This document shows, in pieces, positions 50,953 to 60,660 of a stretch of DNA of 64,000 nt. Numbering within the stretch: position 1 is the first letter of the stretch; every line of letters begins with the position of its first letter. Origin of the DNA: Spirochaetia bacterium (GTDB lineage Bacteria > Spirochaetota > Spirochaetia > CADAEX01). The position numbers were made by a program, and so were the translations under genes. The stretch is taken from the NCBI GenBank assembly GCA_045606105.1, contig JAZURI010000007.1, positions 50,875 to 114,874 of the forward strand, in the 5' to 3' direction. The notes beneath the pieces are model-generated. The model searched no databases. It was given only the letters and a program-made list of their open reading frames with translations, and was not told the origin of the DNA.

Positions 50953-52164
50953 ATGAAAGAAGATCTTAAAAGCTATGTATTTGACCTTCCTGTTCCCGAA
51001 CTGAGAAGGGGATACAGAAGTGACATATATTTCTGGAGAGAGAAGAGAGCGCTGGAGGAGCATAATGTTCATCCTGAGATACTCATGCAGGTGTTCCAGA
51101 AAAAGGATGCGGTAATCTGCGGTGTATCGGAGGCACTTTCCGTACTCAAGCTCGGAACCGGTCGTTATAAGGATTATGAAAAATCCTACAAGCTTTTCGA
51201 TCAGTATATAGATACAAAGAAAGAGGCCCGCAAGTACTTCCTTACCGACAAGAAGAAATATCTTGAACAGATTGATCTCAAGATCAAGATCAGCGAAGAG
51301 CTGGATTCTCTCTGGGTAAGCGAATTTGACAATCTCGACATTATCGGACTCAAGGACGGAGACCTTATTTCTCCTTGGGAAAGTGTAATGCATATCAAGG
51401 GAGAGGTTACCTCCTTTGCCCATCTGGAAACAGTATATCTGGGTATTCTGGCCCGCAGAACAAAGATTGCAACCAATGTACGCAAGGTAGTAGAGGCTGC
51501 AGGTAATGTTCCGGTACTTTTCTTCCCGGCCCGTTTTGACCACTGGGCAGCACAGGGAGGAGACGGTTATGCCGCATATGTAGGCGGTGCAGCAGGTGTT
51601 TCCACACTGGCACAGGGTGAATGGTGGGGAGCAGGTGCTTCCGGTACAGTACCGCATGCAATGATTGCTTCCGTAGAGGGTGACACAGCCAGATCAGCAC
51701 AGCTTTTCAACGACAGCTATCCTGATACAAACCTTATTGCTCTTGTGGATTTCCATAACGACTGTACAAAGACTGCGGTAGAGTGTGCAAGAGCCCTCGG
51801 CGACAAGCTCTGGGGTGTGAGACTCGATACATCAGAAAAAATGGTGGATAAGGCAGTTTTCGACAAGATGGGAAGATTTACCCCTAACGGAGTTATTCCT
51901 GAGCTTGTATTCATGACACGTGAGGCACTGGACAAGGCCGGCTTCCCTAATGTAAAGATTTCTGTTTCCGGCGGATTCACCCCTGAAAAGATCAAGATGT
52001 TCATTGACCGCAAGGTTCCTGTGGATTCCTTCGGTGTAGGAAGCTGTCTCTTCGAAGGCAACTACGACTATACAGCAGATATCGTAATGGTTAACGGAAA
52101 GCCTATGGCAAAGGCCGGAAGAACATATTCCCCTAATCCAAGGCTCAACAAGATTACTATCTGA
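50953..52164 (+). CDS. pncB: Nicotinate phosphoribosyltransferase
   Basis: SDIYF, DGYAA, GTVPH, GVRLDTS, SGGF, FGVG. Confidence 0.85.
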   Translation: MKEDLKSYVFDLPVPELRRGYRSDIYFWREKRALEEHNVHPEILMQVFQKKDAVICGVSEALSVLKLGTGRYKDYEKSYKLFDQYIDTKKEARKYFLTDKKKYLEQIDLKIKISEELDSLWVSEFDNLDIIGLKDGDLISPWESVMHIKGEVTSFAHLETVYLGILARRTKIATNVRKVVEAAGNVPVLFFPARFDHWAAQGGDGYAAYVGGAAGVSTLAQGEWWGAGASGTVPHAMIASVEGDTARSAQLFNDSYPDTNLIALVDFHNDCTKTAVECARALGDKLWGVRLDTSEKMVDKAVFDKMGRFTPNGVIPELVFMTREALDKAGFPNVKISVSGGFTPEKIKMFIDRKVPVDSFGVGSCLFEGNYDYTADIVMVNGKPMAKAGRTYSPNPRLNKITI

Positions 52165-53611
52165 CAAAGATAAGCTTTTTTCTGAAAAGCAGTTTTTTTC
52201 CGGTGCGGATGCAGCCTGCATCCGCAAGCATTTCCAATGCTTCCCGGATTTCCTTTTCCTCCCAGGAGGAAAGAGCCTGCCAGCTGCCGGAACGGTGAAA
52301 GCCCTCTTTCATCTCCTCCGGCGTGCCGGCTCCTTTAAGTATCGCACAGGCATCGTGCATGGTTATCCGGCGGCTGTTCCTTTTTACAAGATTCCTTATT
52401 TCATGAAATCCGGCCGGAAAGCTTTTTTTCCCGTCACATATATCACAACCGCTGCAGAGCTGGTTTTCTGCCTCCAGGATATGGAGAAGAGCCTTCCTTC
52501 TGCAGGTATTCCCGCTGAAAATAGCCATAAGCTCCCTCCGTCTGGGATCGGACTCATTTTTCGGGTTCTGAAACCACGGGACCAGTGCCACGGCATAGGC
52601 CTGCTTCCTGTCCCTGCCGCCTCTTCCCGATTCCTGGAGGTAGGCCTCGGCAGAGGAGGGGATATCGGCATGTATCACGGTCCTTATGTTGCTTTTGTCC
52701 ACCCCCATGCCGTAGGCACAGGTGGCCACCAGTATCCCGTCGGCTGACCTGAAGAAAAGTTCCTCCGTTCTCTTTTTTTCCTCCCTGCTCAGTCCTGCAT
52801 GATAAAAGTAAATTTCCCGCCCCTTCATTTTCCTTTTCAGCCGCCGGGCCGTTATTTCCGTACCGTCCCTGCTGGAGCAGAAGATGATCATGGGTTTTTC
52901 CCCTTTCCTGGCCTCCTCCAGCAGGGCCGCCCCCTTGGAAAGGTATTTCACCACATCATAGCGTATGTTGGGGCGGTCGGGATCTGCCCTGATTATGTTG
53001 GGGGTGGTGTCGGGGAAGATGATTTCCCTGAACCGGCTCAGTATCTGGGCCGAGGCTGTGGCGGTGAAGGCGGTGGTTACCTTTGGTTTTATCTTCTTTA
53101 TTATTTCCCCGATTCCCAGATAGGCCTCCCTGAAACTGTCTCCCCATTGACTGACGGTATGGGCCTCGTCAATCACCACATGGAAGATATTGCCCTCAGT
53201 TACCTTTTCCAGTACACCGGGGGCCTGAAGTATTTCGGGATTGGCTATGACTATTCTTACTTCTCCCTTCCTGATTCTTTCAAATGCAGTCTGCTTTTCC
53301 CCCTTTGTAAGTCCGCCCCTCAGGATCAGTGAGCTGATTCCTGCCTCCTCAAGACGGCGCTGCTGGTCTGCCATGAGACTCAGGAGGGGGAAAATAATCA
53401 AGGTAATCCCATCTATGATCAGAGCCGGCAGCATGAAACAGAGGGATTTTCCCGCGCCGGTAGGGAGTATGACTATCTGGGCCGGATTGTTTTCCTCCGG
53501 AGCTGCCGCACAGTCCAGGATATTGGAGATGGCCAGCCTCTGGTACGGGAATACATAGGGAATCCCGAAATGCTTTACAGCTGTTGAATTAATGAAATCA
53601 TCATTCTGCAT
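52157..53611 (-). CDS. recQ: RecQ-family DNA helicase
   Basis: PTGAGKSLCF, DEAH, TATA, YLQESGRGGRD, C...CSGCDIC zinc site. Confidence 0.93.
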   Translation of the reverse strand: MQNDDFINSTAVKHFGIPYVFPYQRLAISNILDCAAAPEENNPAQIVILPTGAGKSLCFMLPALIIDGITLIIFPLLSLMADQQRRLEEAGISSLILRGGLTKGEKQTAFERIRKGEVRIVIANPEILQAPGVLEKVTEGNIFHVVIDEAHTVSQWGDSFREAYLGIGEIIKKIKPKVTTAFTATASAQILSRFREIIFPDTTPNIIRADPDRPNIRYDVVKYLSKGAALLEEARKGEKPMIIFCSSRDGTEITARRLKRKMKGREIYFYHAGLSREEKKRTEELFFRSADGILVATCAYGMGVDKSNIRTVIHADIPSSAEAYLQESGRGGRDRKQAYAVALVPWFQNPKNESDPRRRELMAIFSGNTCRRKALLHILEAENQLCSGCDICDGKKSFPAGFHEIRNLVKRNSRRITMHDACAILKGAGTPEEMKEGFHRSGSWQALSSWEEKEIREALEMLADAGCIRTGKKLLFRKKLIFVR

Positions 53612-53661
53612 ACAACTGATAAACAGCCGACATTGATTTCTGCTTCAATATCGGTTAAGAG

Positions 53662-53690
53662 TTGATAAAATAACAAAATTTTATTATTCT
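53662..53690 (+). promoter_or_regulatory. sigma70-type promoter
   Basis: TTGATA-17 nt-TATTCT upstream of a GGAGG SD. Confidence 0.55.
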
Positions 53691-53718
53691 TAATTATATT
53701 GATTTTGGAGGAAATCAG

Positions 53719-54312
53719 ATGAAAAAGTATTTAATTATGATTATTGCTGCGGTAATGCTCTGTAGCTGCGGTACAACAAAGGTTTCCAGAGTTGAAACAG
53801 ATACAGTTACAGATTTCAGCGGCAGATGGAATGATACAGATTCAAGAATTGTTGCAGAGGAGCTCATGAAGGACATGACATCCCGTCCTTGGGCAGCAGA
53901 ATTCAGAGCTGAAAAAGGCAAGAAGCCTGCCATTATCGTAGGAACAATCAGAAACAAGAGCTCAGAGCATATTGAAGTGGTTCCTTTTATCAAGGCTATT
54001 GAGAGAGAGGTTGTAAACACAGCTGTAGCCAAGGTTGTGGCCAGTGCCGAGGAGAGAGAACAGCTCCGTGCCGAAAAGGTTGATCAGCTTGCATATGCCA
54101 GCGAGGAAACAGCAAAGAGACTTGCTCAGGAATATGGTGCAGACTTCATGCTCCAGGGAATCATCACAACAATCACAGACCAGGTTGACGGAAAGAAATC
54201 AGTTTTCTACCAGGTGAACCTTGAGCTTATCAATATCGAATCCAATGAAAAGGCCTGGATCGGTAATACAGAAATCAAGAAAATCGTTAAGAAATCCAGC
54301 ATCAAAGGTTAA
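53719..54312 (+). CDS. LpoB-like lipoprotein
   Basis: Lipobox MLCSC, DFSGRWNDTD, GADFML.G.I, YQVNLEL, IKK. Confidence 0.85.
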   Translation: MKKYLIMIIAAVMLCSCGTTKVSRVETDTVTDFSGRWNDTDSRIVAEELMKDMTSRPWAAEFRAEKGKKPAIIVGTIRNKSSEHIEVVPFIKAIEREVVNTAVAKVVASAEEREQLRAEKVDQLAYASEETAKRLAQEYGADFMLQGIITTITDQVDGKKSVFYQVNLELINIESNEKAWIGNTEIKKIVKKSSIKG

Positions 54313-54314
54313 TT

Positions 54315-55700
54315 TTGAAACGGCTTTCAACTCTTTTCCTGCTGTTTGCGGTGCTCCTGGCGGCAGGATGTAAGACCGTAAATCCCATGGCCGAGGCTGA
54401 AGGGCATGTTTCCAAGGCGGAATATGCAGAGGCTGCAGCCATGGTGGAGCAGCTGAAGGATACCTCATACTATAAGGAAAAGAATGCTCTTCTTTACATG
54501 CTGGACTATGGTATTCTCTGCCATTATGCCGGAAAGTGGGATGAAAGCAACAAGTATCTTCACGAGGCAGAATTTCTTGCAGAGGAGCTATATACCAAGA
54601 GTCTCTCCAGGGAAATCGGCTCCTATCTCCTGAACGACAAGGTAAAGGAGTATGCAGGCGAGGATTACGAGAAGGTATATATCCATATTTTCAAATGCCT
54701 CAACTACATGGCGCTGAATGACAGGGATGCAGCCATGGTCGAGATCCGGAAGGCCAATCTCAGGATGCAGCTTCTGGAGGACCGTTACAGGAAAGAGGTG
54801 GCAGAATTCAATAATTCTGAGGATTCGGACTACAGGATAGCCCCTGTGAAGAATCATTTTCACAACAGTGCCCTTTCAAGATATCTGGGAACCATCCTGT
54901 ATCGTCAGGACAATGCCTATGATGATGCCAGGATAGAGGCGGAATGGATGGAAAGGGCTTTCCTGGAGCAGAAGAAGGTGTATGATTTTCCTGCACCGAA
55001 GGCTCCCGGACTGAGGCATCCGGATGAAGAGGCTTTCCTCGATGTCATCGCATTTTCAGGTCTGGGTCCCATCAAGACTCCGCTCAGCTTTACGGTAACC
55101 GCATCCGGCGGTATAGTAACCTTTGCTGCCAGCGGTTATGACGAGAACTATGTGAAGGATCTCATTACCTTTACCGCTCTTCCTATAGGAAACTTCAAGG
55201 GGATAAATGTTATCCGTTTTGAAATTCCGATACTGTCGGAGAGGACCGAAGCACCTGACCTTATAAAGGTCCGTCTGGATGACGGTAAGGGAACAGTACA
55301 GGATCTGGAGCTTCTTGAAAATCTCAACAACATCAGCAACGACACATACAAGAGGAAGCTTCCGTATACCGTAATAAAGACTGCTCTCAGGGTTGCCGCC
55401 AAGAAGATAGGCAGCGAAGCAGGGGAGAAGGCTATTGCCAACAATTCGGGCAGCAGTGCTCTCGGACTTCTGGGAGGGCTGATTTTTGATGTGGTTGCCG
55501 CTTCAACGGAAGGGGCAGATTTAAGAGGATGCTTCTTCATGCCGGCCTTTGCTTCTGCCGGAGAAATTTCTGTAGCACCCGGAACCTATGATATTACGGT
55601 TGAATATTACAGAGGGGACAAGCTGGTAAACACCGATATCCGCAGGGATTTCAAGGTGGAGAAGGGAAAGCTTAACCTGCTGGAATCATTCAGCTTCTGA
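54315..55700 (+). CDS. COG3014-family TPR-like lipoprotein
   Basis: Lipobox LAAGC, Y.GEDYE, A.VEIR.AN, ADLR; usual neighbour of LpoB-like genes. Confidence 0.8.
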   Translation: MKRLSTLFLLFAVLLAAGCKTVNPMAEAEGHVSKAEYAEAAAMVEQLKDTSYYKEKNALLYMLDYGILCHYAGKWDESNKYLHEAEFLAEELYTKSLSREIGSYLLNDKVKEYAGEDYEKVYIHIFKCLNYMALNDRDAAMVEIRKANLRMQLLEDRYRKEVAEFNNSEDSDYRIAPVKNHFHNSALSRYLGTILYRQDNAYDDARIEAEWMERAFLEQKKVYDFPAPKAPGLRHPDEEAFLDVIAFSGLGPIKTPLSFTVTASGGIVTFAASGYDENYVKDLITFTALPIGNFKGINVIRFEIPILSERTEAPDLIKVRLDDGKGTVQDLELLENLNNISNDTYKRKLPYTVIKTALRVAAKKIGSEAGEKAIANNSGSSALGLLGGLIFDVVAASTEGADLRGCFFMPAFASAGEISVAPGTYDITVEYYRGDKLVNTDIRRDFKVEKGKLNLLESFSF

Positions 55701-55707
55701 GGCGTTT

Positions 55708-56361
55708 ATGAACAAACAGATACTTCTTCATTGCTGCTGTGCCCCATGCAGTACGGCATCTATAGAAAGACTTCTGGCAGATGAGTATGATATCGTGCTC
55801 TACTTTTCAAATTCCAATATTTTTCCCAAGGAGGAGTATGAAAAAAGATTTTCTTATCTCAAGTCCCTGGGAAGGATATATAATCTTCAGGTAATCTGCG
55901 ACGAGTACAATCATGAAAGCTGGCTGGAGGCTGTTAAGGGCTTTGAGAATGAGCCTGAAAAGGGAAAACGGTGTGAAATATGTTTCAGATATAACCTGAC
56001 CAGGGCAGCTGACAAGGCTGATGAGCTTGGTATCAAGGAATTCACCACCACCCTTTCCGTCAGTCCTCACAAGATATCTGAAATGCTTTTTTCCGTAGGA
56101 CAGGATTTTGAAAGCTTTGTTCCGTATAACTTCAAGAAAAAGGACGGCTTCCGCAGAAGTCTGGAGCTGAGCGAAAAATACAAGCTCTACAGGCAGGACT
56201 ACTGCGGCTGTGAATTTTCAAAAGCTGAAGCAGCAAAAAAGAATTTATGTTTGTTTCGATATTTGCAGTTCTTTATCTTGTTCTCTTATGCGTTTTTTTC
56301 TTTCTGCCCATGCATGTGGCTAAAGACAGGGACTTGTCTCAGCATGATATGTCTCTTGTGA
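55708..56361 (+). CDS. queH: Epoxyqueuosine reductase QueH (atypical C-terminal extension)
   Basis: LLHCCCAPCS, RCEICF, TTLSVSPHK, YRQDYCGCEFS. Confidence 0.92.
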   Translation: MNKQILLHCCCAPCSTASIERLLADEYDIVLYFSNSNIFPKEEYEKRFSYLKSLGRIYNLQVICDEYNHESWLEAVKGFENEPEKGKRCEICFRYNLTRAADKADELGIKEFTTTLSVSPHKISEMLFSVGQDFESFVPYNFKKKDGFRRSLELSEKYKLYRQDYCGCEFSKAEAAKKNLCLFRYLQFFILFSYAFFSFCPCMWLKTGTCLSMICLL

Positions 56362-56489
56362 AGATTCTTACATGGTGCAGTATTTTCACAGGCGGGACAA
56401 CCTGGTTCATAGCCCTGTGCCTGGCATTCTTTCTTGAGGGCAATAACAAGGACGACACAGGACATAAATTTCAGCAGAATTACTTCTGA
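56247..56489 (+). CDS. Small membrane protein resembling the superinfection-immunity (Imm) family
   Basis: TM-FFLPMHVA..R-...-TWFIALCLA pattern; stop abuts the nfo stop. Confidence 0.6.
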   Translation: MFVSIFAVLYLVLLCVFFFLPMHVAKDRDLSQHDMSLVKILTWCSIFTGGTTWFIALCLAFFLEGNNKDDTGHKFQQNYF

Positions 56490-57338
56490 TTATTTTTCCA
56501 TACTGTAGAGGAGCTTTATCTCATCGGCCCATCTGTCGGGATCCGGTGTTTCAAGGATCAACGGAATATCGTTGAAGCACGGTGTCTCCATTATGTATCT
56601 GAAGCCCTCGATTCCGATAAAGCCCTCGCCGATACAGGCGTGACGGTCAACTCTTGAGCCGCACTCCTTCTTTGCATCGTTAAGGTGCATTCCCTTCAGA
56701 TAATTTATTCCAATAATCCGGTCAAATTCTTCCATTACCCTTGCAAAGCCGTCCCTGGTGGAGATATCGTACCCTGCGGCAAAGATGTGGCATGTGTCGA
56801 TACAGACTCCGGCTCTGGATTTGTCATCCATGTTGGAGATGATTCTGGCTATGTGCTCGAACCTGTAGCCCAGGTTTGTTCCCTGACCTGCGGTAACCTC
56901 TATTACAGCCATGACATTTCCGGTACTTTCGTCGGCAAGGGCCAGGTTGATGTTCCGGCTTATGAGATCCAGACATTCCTCCTCGGAAATCTCGTTGAGG
57001 TGGCTTCCCGGATGGAAGTTAAGGTATTTCAGACCCAGACGGCTGCATCTTGCCATTTCGTCGATGAAGGCATTCCTGGATCTTGTATGTTTTTCAGGAT
57101 CTGCATTTCCCATATTTATGAGGTAGCTGTCGTGGGGAAGTACATGCTCCGGAGAGTAGCCGTAGCGGGCCATGGCTTCCGAGAACTGTTTTTTTTCCTC
57201 ATCGGTAATGGCTTTTGATATCCACTGTTTCTGGTTCTTTGTAAAAAGGGCAAAGGCTTTTGCTCCGATAGCGGCGCTGTTTTCCACGGCATTGAAAAGG
57301 CCTCCCGAGGCGCTGACATGTGCTCCAAGATATTTCAT
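56490..57338 (-). CDS. nfo: Endonuclease IV
   Basis: GAHVS, PHDSYLIN, FHPGS, DTCH, HLND, DRH, ILETP. Confidence 0.96.
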   Translation of the reverse strand: MKYLGAHVSASGGLFNAVENSAAIGAKAFALFTKNQKQWISKAITDEEKKQFSEAMARYGYSPEHVLPHDSYLINMGNADPEKHTRSRNAFIDEMARCSRLGLKYLNFHPGSHLNEISEEECLDLISRNINLALADESTGNVMAVIEVTAGQGTNLGYRFEHIARIISNMDDKSRAGVCIDTCHIFAAGYDISTRDGFARVMEEFDRIIGINYLKGMHLNDAKKECGSRVDRHACIGEGFIGIEGFRYIMETPCFNDIPLILETPDPDRWADEIKLLYSMEK

Positions 57339-58048
57339 TCGTCTGCCCCCTGTTCAAGAATTGCTTCAAGCTGTGAGAGCTCGGAAATGATATAATCCGG
57401 TTTTGGCTCCATGGTCGCAGTTTCAAGGGCATCCGGTTTTCTGCCGTTTGTAAAGAGACAGGATTTAAGACCTGCATTCCTTGCCCCACTGATATCGGAG
57501 GAAAGACTGTCGCCTACCACCAGAACCTCCTCCACAGGAGGGAATCCCAGTTTTTCCAGCCCTTTCCTGAAGTATCCCGCATCCGGCTTCTGGATTCCTA
57601 TTTCTTCTGAAATAAGGATTTCCCTGAAGTATTTCCCTATTCCCGAAATCTCTATCCTTCCTCTCTGAACCGATGAAAGGCCGTTGGTGGAAAGAACCAG
57701 TGTATATTTTTCATGAAGCTGCTCGAGGACATCGATTGCCCCGTCCAGCAGATAGGCGTAGTGAGCCAGGGCCTCCACATAGACGGGAGCCATAATGCTG
57801 CTGTCAAAGCTCATTCCTGTTCTCTGCTTCAGAATCTCGAATCTTTCAACTCTGAGTCTTTTGGTATCAATCAGCTTTTTCTCAAAATCCTTCCACAGCT
57901 TGTCATTTATCTCATGATAGAGGGGAATAAGGGAATCATCCCATTTTTCACCCATCCGGATCACGCTTTCCCTGAGGGCACCGGCCTCGGCTTTATTGAA
58001 ATCATACAGAGTATTGTCTGCATCGAAAAAAACATATTTAAATCCCAT
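57335..58048 (-). CDS. YjjG-family HAD nucleotidase
   Basis: FDADNTL, TNG, KPD, VGDSLSSDI.GA. Confidence 0.9.
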   Translation of the reverse strand: MGFKYVFFDADNTLYDFNKAEAGALRESVIRMGEKWDDSLIPLYHEINDKLWKDFEKKLIDTKRLRVERFEILKQRTGMSFDSSIMAPVYVEALAHYAYLLDGAIDVLEQLHEKYTLVLSTNGLSSVQRGRIEISGIGKYFREILISEEIGIQKPDAGYFRKGLEKLGFPPVEEVLVVGDSLSSDISGARNAGLKSCLFTNGRKPDALETATMEPKPDYIISELSQLEAILEQGADE

Positions 58049-58110
58049 ATCATAAAGATATACCCAAAAACCCGGTTGAACAAGTCAAAACAATTAAGTA
58101 AAATTGAATT

Positions 58111-58914
58111 ATGTCCTACAAAATCGATATTCACACACATGTTTTTCATGAAAAAATAGCAGAAAAGGCAGTACAGAAGCTTTGTGACCATTATAAACTG
58201 GGTCAGCCGTACCACGGAACCGCGGCCGATCTTAAGGAAAAAATGGCAAAGGCCGGCATAGACAAGGCTGTAGCTCTCTGTGCGGCAACCAACGGACATC
58301 AGGTTGTGCCTGCAAACTCCTGGGCCATTACCATGAAAAAGGAATATCCCTGCTTTATCCCTTTCGGAACACTTCATACCGACTATGAAAACTGGAAGGA
58401 GGAGCTGGACAGACTTCTGGCAGCCGGAATCAAGGGGCTGAAGTTCCATCCCGATTTCCAGAAAATTGACATGAGAAATCCTGTTCTTTACGATATGCTG
58501 GAGGAGGCCAGCGGTAAGTTTACCGTCCTTTTCCATATCGGCGACATCTATCCCCCGGAGGAAAACTATTCCTCTCCTCAGAAGCTGGCTGAAATACTCA
58601 ACGCATTTCCTAAACTGGAGGCAGTAGCAGCCCATTTCGGAGGCTACAGACACTGGCCTTATGTGGTGGAGAGTCTCAGAAAGTACGATTTTTACATGGA
58701 TACATCAAGCTCACTGCTTTACATGAGCGATGAAGAGCTGAACCATATTCTCAATAACTTTTCCTCGGACCGTTTTCTTTTCGGAAGCGATTATCCTATC
58801 GGAGACCCGTCCAGGGAGCTGGATCTCATAAAGAAGAGAATGCATCTTTCGGCAGATGAATATGACAGGCTTTTCACCAGATGTGAGAACCTTACTGCAA
58901 TCAGGGACTGTTAA
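58111..58914 (+). CDS. Amidohydrolase_2-family metal-dependent hydrolase
   Basis: DIHTH, GLKFHP, AHFGG, LFGSDYP. Confidence 0.9.
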   Translation: MSYKIDIHTHVFHEKIAEKAVQKLCDHYKLGQPYHGTAADLKEKMAKAGIDKAVALCAATNGHQVVPANSWAITMKKEYPCFIPFGTLHTDYENWKEELDRLLAAGIKGLKFHPDFQKIDMRNPVLYDMLEEASGKFTVLFHIGDIYPPEENYSSPQKLAEILNAFPKLEAVAAHFGGYRHWPYVVESLRKYDFYMDTSSSLLYMSDEELNHILNNFSSDRFLFGSDYPIGDPSRELDLIKKRMHLSADEYDRLFTRCENLTAIRDC

Positions 58915-59099
58915 GGAAGCTTTTCCTCATCATCTTCTATTATCTCGTATTCGATAGGAGGTTCCTCTTTTTTCATCTTTTCCCGTGCTTTGCGGATAAG
59001 GCTTCCCGGAAGAAGAAAAATGATTCCCGTAAAATAGAAGACTGCAAACAGAATAATCAGCGGTAAAAAAATAATTAAAAAAATCAAGACAGCAAGCAT
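58911..59099 (-). CDS. Small membrane protein
   Basis: 62 aa, hydrophobic N-terminal half, charged tail; follows the ThrE-family gene. Confidence 0.6.
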   Translation of the reverse strand: MLAVLIFLIIFLPLIILFAVFYFTGIIFLLPGSLIRKAREKMKKEEPPIEYEIIEDDEEKLP

Positions 59100-59107
59100 A
59101 TTACCTC

Positions 59108-60319
59108 TTAAGCACGAATTTTTCTTCCCATATGATAAAAAGCTGATACCAGGGCGATTCCTGCGGCAATAGCCCCGGCGGCGGTCAGTGTCCTGAAGCC
59201 TGTAACAGCAGCCAGCTCCATGTTTCCCCAGAGGGAATAAAGCATGGTTTCATAGATTCCTCCCCCGGGAACAAAGGGGATAATGCCCGGAATAATGAAA
59301 ATAGTTGCCGGTTTTTTCAGTATGGATGCACAGATTTCAGCAGCGGCAGCCACGAAAAGGGCACTTACGAAATATCCTGCGGTTTCCAGACCCAGATCCC
59401 TGTGGAGAACAAGGAATACAACCCAGCCGGCAGCACCTATCACCGATGCCGTAATGATATCATATTTGTTGATATAAAAAAAGTATCCGAATGAAGCAGT
59501 GACGAAGAAGGCTGTAATCAGGGCCGGTACAATGCTTTCCCACGGTGTGATGGCAGAAATGTAGGATACTTGGGAAGGGAACAGGATAAGTCCCAGGGCG
59601 GCACCGATGGAAAGGGCAGCGGCAATGACGAAAGCCTCCAGAAGCTTGGCAGCCCCTGCCACCAGGTCTCCTGCAATGATGTCGCGGATGGCGTTGACCA
59701 GGATTACACCGGGAACCAGGGTCATGAGTACGGAAATACTTACATTGCCTATGGACGGAATCAGATTCAGAATGAAGGATAGGGCCGTGAGTACCGATAT
59801 GATGAAACCGCCGATGATGGAGGTAAGGAAGCCGGGCAGCTCAAAGGGTCTGAGGGCCACAAGAACGATACGCATGACAGCACCCACCGCAAAGGCAGCC
59901 AGGGCCTCAGGCAGGGAGCCCCCGAAAAGGAGAGAGAAGCACATGCTGCCGAAAGCAATAGCCAGAACCACAGCCCAGTCGGGATAGTCGGGGGCATTCT
60001 CGATTCTTCTGAATACGTTGCTGATCATGATAGGGTCATGATTGTTTTTGTCGACCAGACGCTGTATTTCAGTTTCCAGCATGGTAATCTTGCCCAGGTT
60101 GATGGTACGGTAAAGAATACGTTTGAAATGGGTATGATGTCTTCCGTCGGGATTGGTGCATGTAAGCATGATGACGGTAGGGGTAACGAAGGCGGAAACA
60201 TTTTCTGCACCCAGCATGGCAGCCACGGTACACATGATTTCCTCGCACCGGTAAGTTTCACCTCCGTTTCTGAGAACTATAATACCTGCCTTTACGGCTG
60301 TTTCAAGGATTCTGTCCAT
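59108..60319 (-). CDS. ThrE-family threonine/serine exporter (both halves fused)
   Basis: GGETYRCEE, LVPG..L.NAIRD, PGIIPFVPG. Confidence 0.9.
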   Translation of the reverse strand: MDRILETAVKAGIIVLRNGGETYRCEEIMCTVAAMLGAENVSAFVTPTVIMLTCTNPDGRHHTHFKRILYRTINLGKITMLETEIQRLVDKNNHDPIMISNVFRRIENAPDYPDWAVVLAIAFGSMCFSLLFGGSLPEALAAFAVGAVMRIVLVALRPFELPGFLTSIIGGFIISVLTALSFILNLIPSIGNVSISVLMTLVPGVILVNAIRDIIAGDLVAGAAKLLEAFVIAAALSIGAALGLILFPSQVSYISAITPWESIVPALITAFFVTASFGYFFYINKYDIITASVIGAAGWVVFLVLHRDLGLETAGYFVSALFVAAAAEICASILKKPATIFIIPGIIPFVPGGGIYETMLYSLWGNMELAAVTGFRTLTAAGAIAAGIALVSAFYHMGRKIRA

Positions 60320-60369
60320 GATTAAAGATTAAAACGGAAAATTATTGCGGTCAATAGTAAAGTTTTTTG

Positions 60370-60398
60370 TTGACAAAAATTTTTAATGCCTATATACT
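60370..60398 (+). promoter_or_regulatory. sigma70-type promoter of tRNA-fMet
   Basis: TTGACA-17 nt-TATACT. Confidence 0.85.
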
Positions 60399-60410
60399 TT
60401 TGAAACACGA

Positions 60411-60483
60411 CGCAGGGTGGAGCAGTTGGCAGCTCGTCGGGCTCATAACCCGAAGGCCGTAGGTCCGAGTCCTACCCCTGCTA
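60411..60483 (+). tRNA. Initiator tRNA-fMet(CAT)
   Basis: C1:T72 mismatch, three G-C pairs in the anticodon stem (TCGGG-CTCATAA-CCCGA); T loop TCCGAGT. Confidence 0.93.
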
Positions 60484-60485
60484 TC

Positions 60486-60515
60486 AAGACCTTCCTATTT
60501 TAGGAAGGTTTTTTT
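60486..60515 (+). terminator. Rho-independent terminator
   Basis: ACCTTCCTA/TAGGAAGGT stem followed by a T run. Confidence 0.88.
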
Positions 60516-60575
60516 ATTGTTATTTTTTTCATTCTGTCTATTGAATAAATACTTTTTATCATTTAACTTGTAATA

Positions 60576-60640
60576 AAGATCAGCTCGTACTTTGTGGGCA
60601 ACCACACGTTCGCCATGTTGCGAATCCCGTAGCTGGTCTT
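60576..60640 (+). ncRNA. Candidate three-way-junction RNA with its own promoter
   Basis: Closing stem AAGATCAGCT/AGCTGGTCTT, inner GTGG-GCAA-CCAC and TTCGC/GCGAA hairpins; TTGAAT-17-TAACTT at 60541-60569. Confidence 0.55.
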
Positions 60641-60660
60641 ATTTTATTTTGAACACCTAA

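Noticed and set aside
52157-53611. RecQ is short and lacks an HRDC domain
   Set aside because: HRDC-less RecQ paralogues are common; the ORF is intact
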